From Amphiscolops sp. MND2022 (taxonomy: Eukaryota), in the NCBI GenBank assembly GCA_964187785.1, contig OZ076414.1, positions 63,302,001-63,366,000 on the forward strand: a stretch of DNA of 64,000 nucleotides, in the 5' to 3' direction. The position numbers were made by a program, and so were the translations under genes. The number at the start of each line of letters is the position of its first letter. Position 1 is the first letter of the stretch. Under the pieces are notes generated by a model. The model worked only from the letters and a program-made list of their open reading frames with translations, did no database searches and was not told where the DNA came from. Shown here piece after piece: positions 60,805 to 64,000 of this stretch.

Positions 60805-60933
60805 TTGGTGGTTTATTGTCGTTTTCGGGTTGAATTTTGAGGAGGTTGATTTCTAGGTGGTTGTGGGAGAATGCGTCTGATCCAAGTTTGTCTAATGATT
60901 TCCTCGCGTAGACTGAAACTCATTCGATTTTCT

Positions 60934-61254
60934 TTATGCTGCTGTTGTGTCGGCTAGCTCTCCAAGGATATGGAGTTGAAATTGGGTGATGTGTGATTCT
61001 GGTTCTTCAGCGTAATTATCCAAAGCCTCAGATAGTTGTTCTCGGAGAAATCTATTACTAGCGATTTCTAAAGTGGAGACTTTGCTTTTATTATTTACAG
61101 GGTGTATTGTTATCAAAATGAAACTGGGTTTAGTAAAGGACCACTTGAGTCTGATGATATTGAAGTTTTCAGTGACGCCTGCTGGAGTAGTTATTTTAAA
61201 CGGACAGTTGAAATTGACTTCTTCAATACATTCGTTATTAAGGTGAAAGTTCAT
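60934..61254 (-). CDS. Small ORF paralog 2, 106 aa, unknown function
   Basis: Clear similarity to 61257-61610 (FNCP.KITTP.G..ENF.I..L.WS; LHVLGEL/LHILGEL). Confidence 0.75.
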   Translation of the reverse strand: MNFHLNNECIEEVNFNCPFKITTPAGVTENFNIIRLKWSFTKPSFILITIHPVNNKSKVSTLEIASNRFLREQLSEALDNYAEEPESHITQFQLHILGELADTTAA

Positions 61255-61256
61255 AT

Positions 61257-61610
61257 CTAGTTGCTTTTGTCAATGTTTTCTGGATACATCAATGGGGTTA
61301 TTGTATCAGTTAGTTCCCCAAGAACGTGGAGGTGATACTGTTCAACGTGTTGTTCAGGATTCCGAAGGTAATCGTTTAGTGCTTTAGAAAGTTGGATTTC
61401 AAGAAAACTATTTTCTGCTACTTCAAAGGTAGTTACTTTATTTTTGTTGCTAATGGGGTGTAGTTTCACGGAGATGAAACAAGGTGATATTTGTGACCAC
61501 CTAAGTTTGGTAATTATAAAGTTTTCGGAGTTGCCTGAAGGGGTTGTTATCTTCCAAGGGCAGTTGAATTCTACTTCATCAATTTCGCCTTCATCAAAAA
61601 TTATGTCCAT
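61257..61610 (-). CDS. Small ORF paralog 1, 117 aa, unknown function
   Basis: ATG directly after the upstream TAA; paralogous to the two downstream ORFs. Confidence 0.75.
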   Translation of the reverse strand: MDIIFDEGEIDEVEFNCPWKITTPSGNSENFIITKLRWSQISPCFISVKLHPISNKNKVTTFEVAENSFLEIQLSKALNDYLRNPEQHVEQYHLHVLGELTDTITPLMYPENIDKSN

Positions 61611-61826
61611 TTAAATACTATTGTCAGCATTCAGGAATGCATCCGTTGGTGCGTTTCCAAAGAATAGAAAGATGTGATGAAAATAGTCCCAGTATATAGA
61701 CGTTGGAGGGACAGTAATAATTTTCTTCTGTTTTGTTTGGTGGTGTTGAAGGGAAACGTGGAAAGTCAAATTTCGGAAATCTTGTCTAACTATTCTGTAG
61801 AAATCGTTGTTTATCTTGATGTACAT
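61611..61826 (-). CDS. Small ORF, 71 aa, first of the cluster
   Basis: ATG 41 nt after a strong 3' splice site (61867-61868); stop abuts the next ATG. Confidence 0.55.
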   Translation of the reverse strand: MYIKINNDFYRIVRQDFRNLTFHVSLQHHQTKQKKIITVPPTSIYWDYFHHIFLFFGNAPTDAFLNADNSI

Positions 61827-62826
61827 TTGCTAGATTCGTCAGCTGATTGTGTAGTTGTAGGCTGTGCTAAAATACAAACAAAACCACGCGCTTCGACTTA
61901 CTCTGTAAAATTCATTTTAGAATCTTACAAAAGCGATCGCTAAAGAACTAGTTCAAAATTTACTTTTTGCTCAAAACAAAGGAGCTAGAGGTCAGAAAAA
62001 GATTTGTGATATTAATTGGAGAATACGGCGCTTCATGACTAAAGATGAGATTATTACAAAATGAAAGCGAAGTAATAAATTACTGTTGATTACAACAAAG
62101 GAGTTTTGCGGCAAGTCATTTTCATTGTTCTATTAAGGAGGAGCTGAAATGTTTGGCGGCTGAAATGAAAGCTAGTTATGGAGCTGAAAAGACAATAAAC
62201 AAAGACGTGAACAAAGACATTAAATTGCTTTTTAAGTGAGAGTAAAGATAAGTTGAACAAAGCAATTATTTGATGAAGTTGAGTTATTTGGTGGCTGAAA
62301 ACAAAAGATTGTTATCAACAAAAGTGAAGCGTGAACAAAAGTTAAATTGAAGAAAGAAGTTGACAATATAACAAAAGTTTGAACAAAGCATAACTTTACC
62401 ACTTCAAGATAAAGTAAGTTGGTTTTTTTTTCAAATAAAGATTACAGTAGTTATTCATTTACTAATATAGTTTTATAAAGCATTAAGATGTAACAGATGG
62501 ATAAAGAATTTTGTTGGGGGTCTTCCTTTGTTTTTGTAGTTTCTTCTTTGTTTTCTTCATTTTGTCTGCTGATTTTCTGGGCTGTTCAGTTGGGTGTTTT
62601 TCGGGTGTTATTTTCTTGCGTTACGTTTTACTTTTTCTAGTTTTGATTTCTTCTAACTACGAAGTAGTCCCACCGCCGTGGAACGAAAAGTAGAAATTCT
62701 GTGGTTTTTCGGTGGTTTCGCGCCGAGCAGTTTTGGTTGGGGTAGCCGGGAAATTTTTTGAGGTAGGGGGGTGCTGAAAGTGAATTTTCAATCTGTGTAT
62801 TTTCAGAACGCTTTGATTAAAATAAA

Positions 62827-63336
62827 ATGGGCAGTTTGAATGATTTGTTGTTACCCGTTGTCGATGCAACTGAGGACGTGTGGGCTTCTATGTTTTGCCC
62901 ACAGGAGTTAGCGTCACTGAAATCTCTTGTCAGTGATTTGCATCAGCCGATGCTAAACATGGGCGCTGTATTTCCTCTGGACGTGGAGGAACGGTTGTCC
63001 GTTACCTTGCAGTTCCTGGTTGGTGCGGTTGACGTAAGTTCTTTCTTATTTTATCAGTTGTAGTTGTATTAGTTTCTTGTCGTAGTTTTGATGTCTTGTT
63101 TGAGTAGATAGAGAATGTTGATTTGGTCGTGCAATTTTTTGTTGTTTCAGTGGTTTCCTGTGCTGGCCGGCAGTGCAACAACTAGTAAGATTGTGTTTCG
63201 AGAGTTGGAGCATATTCAACAAACGTATTCAAAGCTAACTCGGTTGGCTAAACGTGAGGTGGTGGTAAGGTGGGAAATGCTCGATCATAAGCCAGTGATT
63301 GAGTTCTTGCGCCGGCCATTGTTTATAAACGAATAG
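62827..63336 (+). CDS. Antisense two-exon gene inside element F, 130 aa, unknown function
   Basis: Exon 62827-63033, intron 63034-63150 (GTAAGT...TTGTTTCAG, 117 nt, phase 0), exon 63151-63336 in frame. Confidence 0.7.
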
Positions 63337-63424
63337 AACTTGGTTATTGTAAATATTTTGTATATTCTTTTTTATAATCGGGTCTTTTGTATTTTGGTTT
63401 TTGGTAAGCTGAGCAATACAGTAT

Positions 63425-64000
63425 TTAATCTTTATATCCCTTTCTTTCCAAGTTTCGTAGTGAGCTATCGGGATGAGAGCGCTTGTATTTTGCTTTTACT
63501 TTCGATGTAAGATCAGCAACTTTATTTTTCTTTTTTGGCGATGAAGACGTAGATTGTTCAGCTTCATGAAATTGCGGCGTTGTCCTCAAAATAGTAGGAG
63601 CACGAATAGGCATAGGAGTCATAGGCAGTATAGGAGTTTGTAGCGGCGGCAATGGTGAAATCGTTAAATTTTGATAGTTGTGATCATCATTGGTAGGCGT
63701 AGAAGGAGATTGAATTCCTGAATCAGCATTAGGCGAACGTGCAGCGTGATTTTTGCTCATTTCTTGAATATTGGTGTTTTCTTGTAGCGGCGATATGATA
63801 AAAGGCATTACATCTAGGGAACATCTTTGTTGATTTGAATTGTAGTCATTTATCTGTGACTGCACTAAGTGTTTGTAGAAATCACTATCTTTTGTTATAG
63901 GCGGCGCGTAGTTAGTGATTAAAGGAGGGAGTCTTTCCTCTTTAGGAAAGTATTCAATCAGGTGATTCCGATGAGTAACTTTGATATTATCCGGGTTAGC
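63425..64000 (-). CDS. pol: C-terminus of element F Pol (integrase tail), partial
   Basis: Frame open from the window edge: VTHRNHLIEYFP (typical end of the GPY/F region), then a Pro/Ser-rich tail ending SLRNLERKGYKD. Confidence 0.7.
   Translation of the reverse strand, partial: ANPDNIKVTHRNHLIEYFPKEERLPPLITNYAPPITKDSDFYKHLVQSQINDYNSNQQRCSLDVMPFIISPLQENTNIQEMSKNHAARSPNADSGIQSPSTPTNDDHNYQNLTISPLPPLQTPILPMTPMPIRAPTILRTTPQFHEAEQSTSSSPKKKNKVADLTSKVKAKYKRSHPDSSLRNLERKGYKD

Larger units (their letters stand above)
53698..64000 (-). mobile_element. Element F: 3' half of a complex env-bearing LTR retroelement; gag and most of pol lie beyond the right edge
   Basis: Colinear pol C-terminus, small ORFs, env, TRAF-like ORF and an LTR-like promoter region, all on the minus strand. 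LTR boundaries are approximate because the partner LTR is absent. Confidence 0.8.

Noticed and set aside
1-64000. tRNA, rRNA or snRNA genes; host species assignment
   Set aside because: No cloverleaf or conserved rRNA/snRNA sequence recognised; the sequence alone does not let me name the organism.

Overview
AT-rich eukaryotic (animal-like) genomic DNA dominated by transposable elements; no prokaryotic features. Main contents: (A) 1-~4600, a decayed Ty3/Gypsy element on the minus strand with an internal 1420-bp tandem duplication. (B) 5040-21170, a young, full-length 16.1-kb Gypsy element with 2208-bp LTRs, a TCATA TSD and open gag and pol joined by an A-AAA-AAC -1 slippery site. Its gag starts inside the LTR and reads through the PBS. 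It also carries a nef-like ORF3 and an antisense, intron-containing ~1,100-aa gene resembling a catalytically altered hAT transposase. Further elements are a deleted short-LTR Gypsy (C), an orphan B-like LTR (D), a gag-IN-only Bel/Pao (E), MULE, Tc1, MITE and CRE-like LINE remnants, and a probable claudin/PMP22-like host gene (40482-47503, minus). (F) ~53700->64000 is the 3' half of a complex retrovirus-like LTR element. Its order is pol end, an antisense spliced 130-aa gene, a cluster of small paralogous ORFs, five tandem copies of a three-hairpin motif with compensatory base changes, a chuvirus-G-like env, a TRAF-type coiled-coil+MATH gene and the 3' LTR. Element F (with its covarying hairpin array and TRAF cargo) and the antisense spliced cargo of element B are the best candidates for undescribed biology. 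All family assignments come from motif recognition by eye; no database searches were run.
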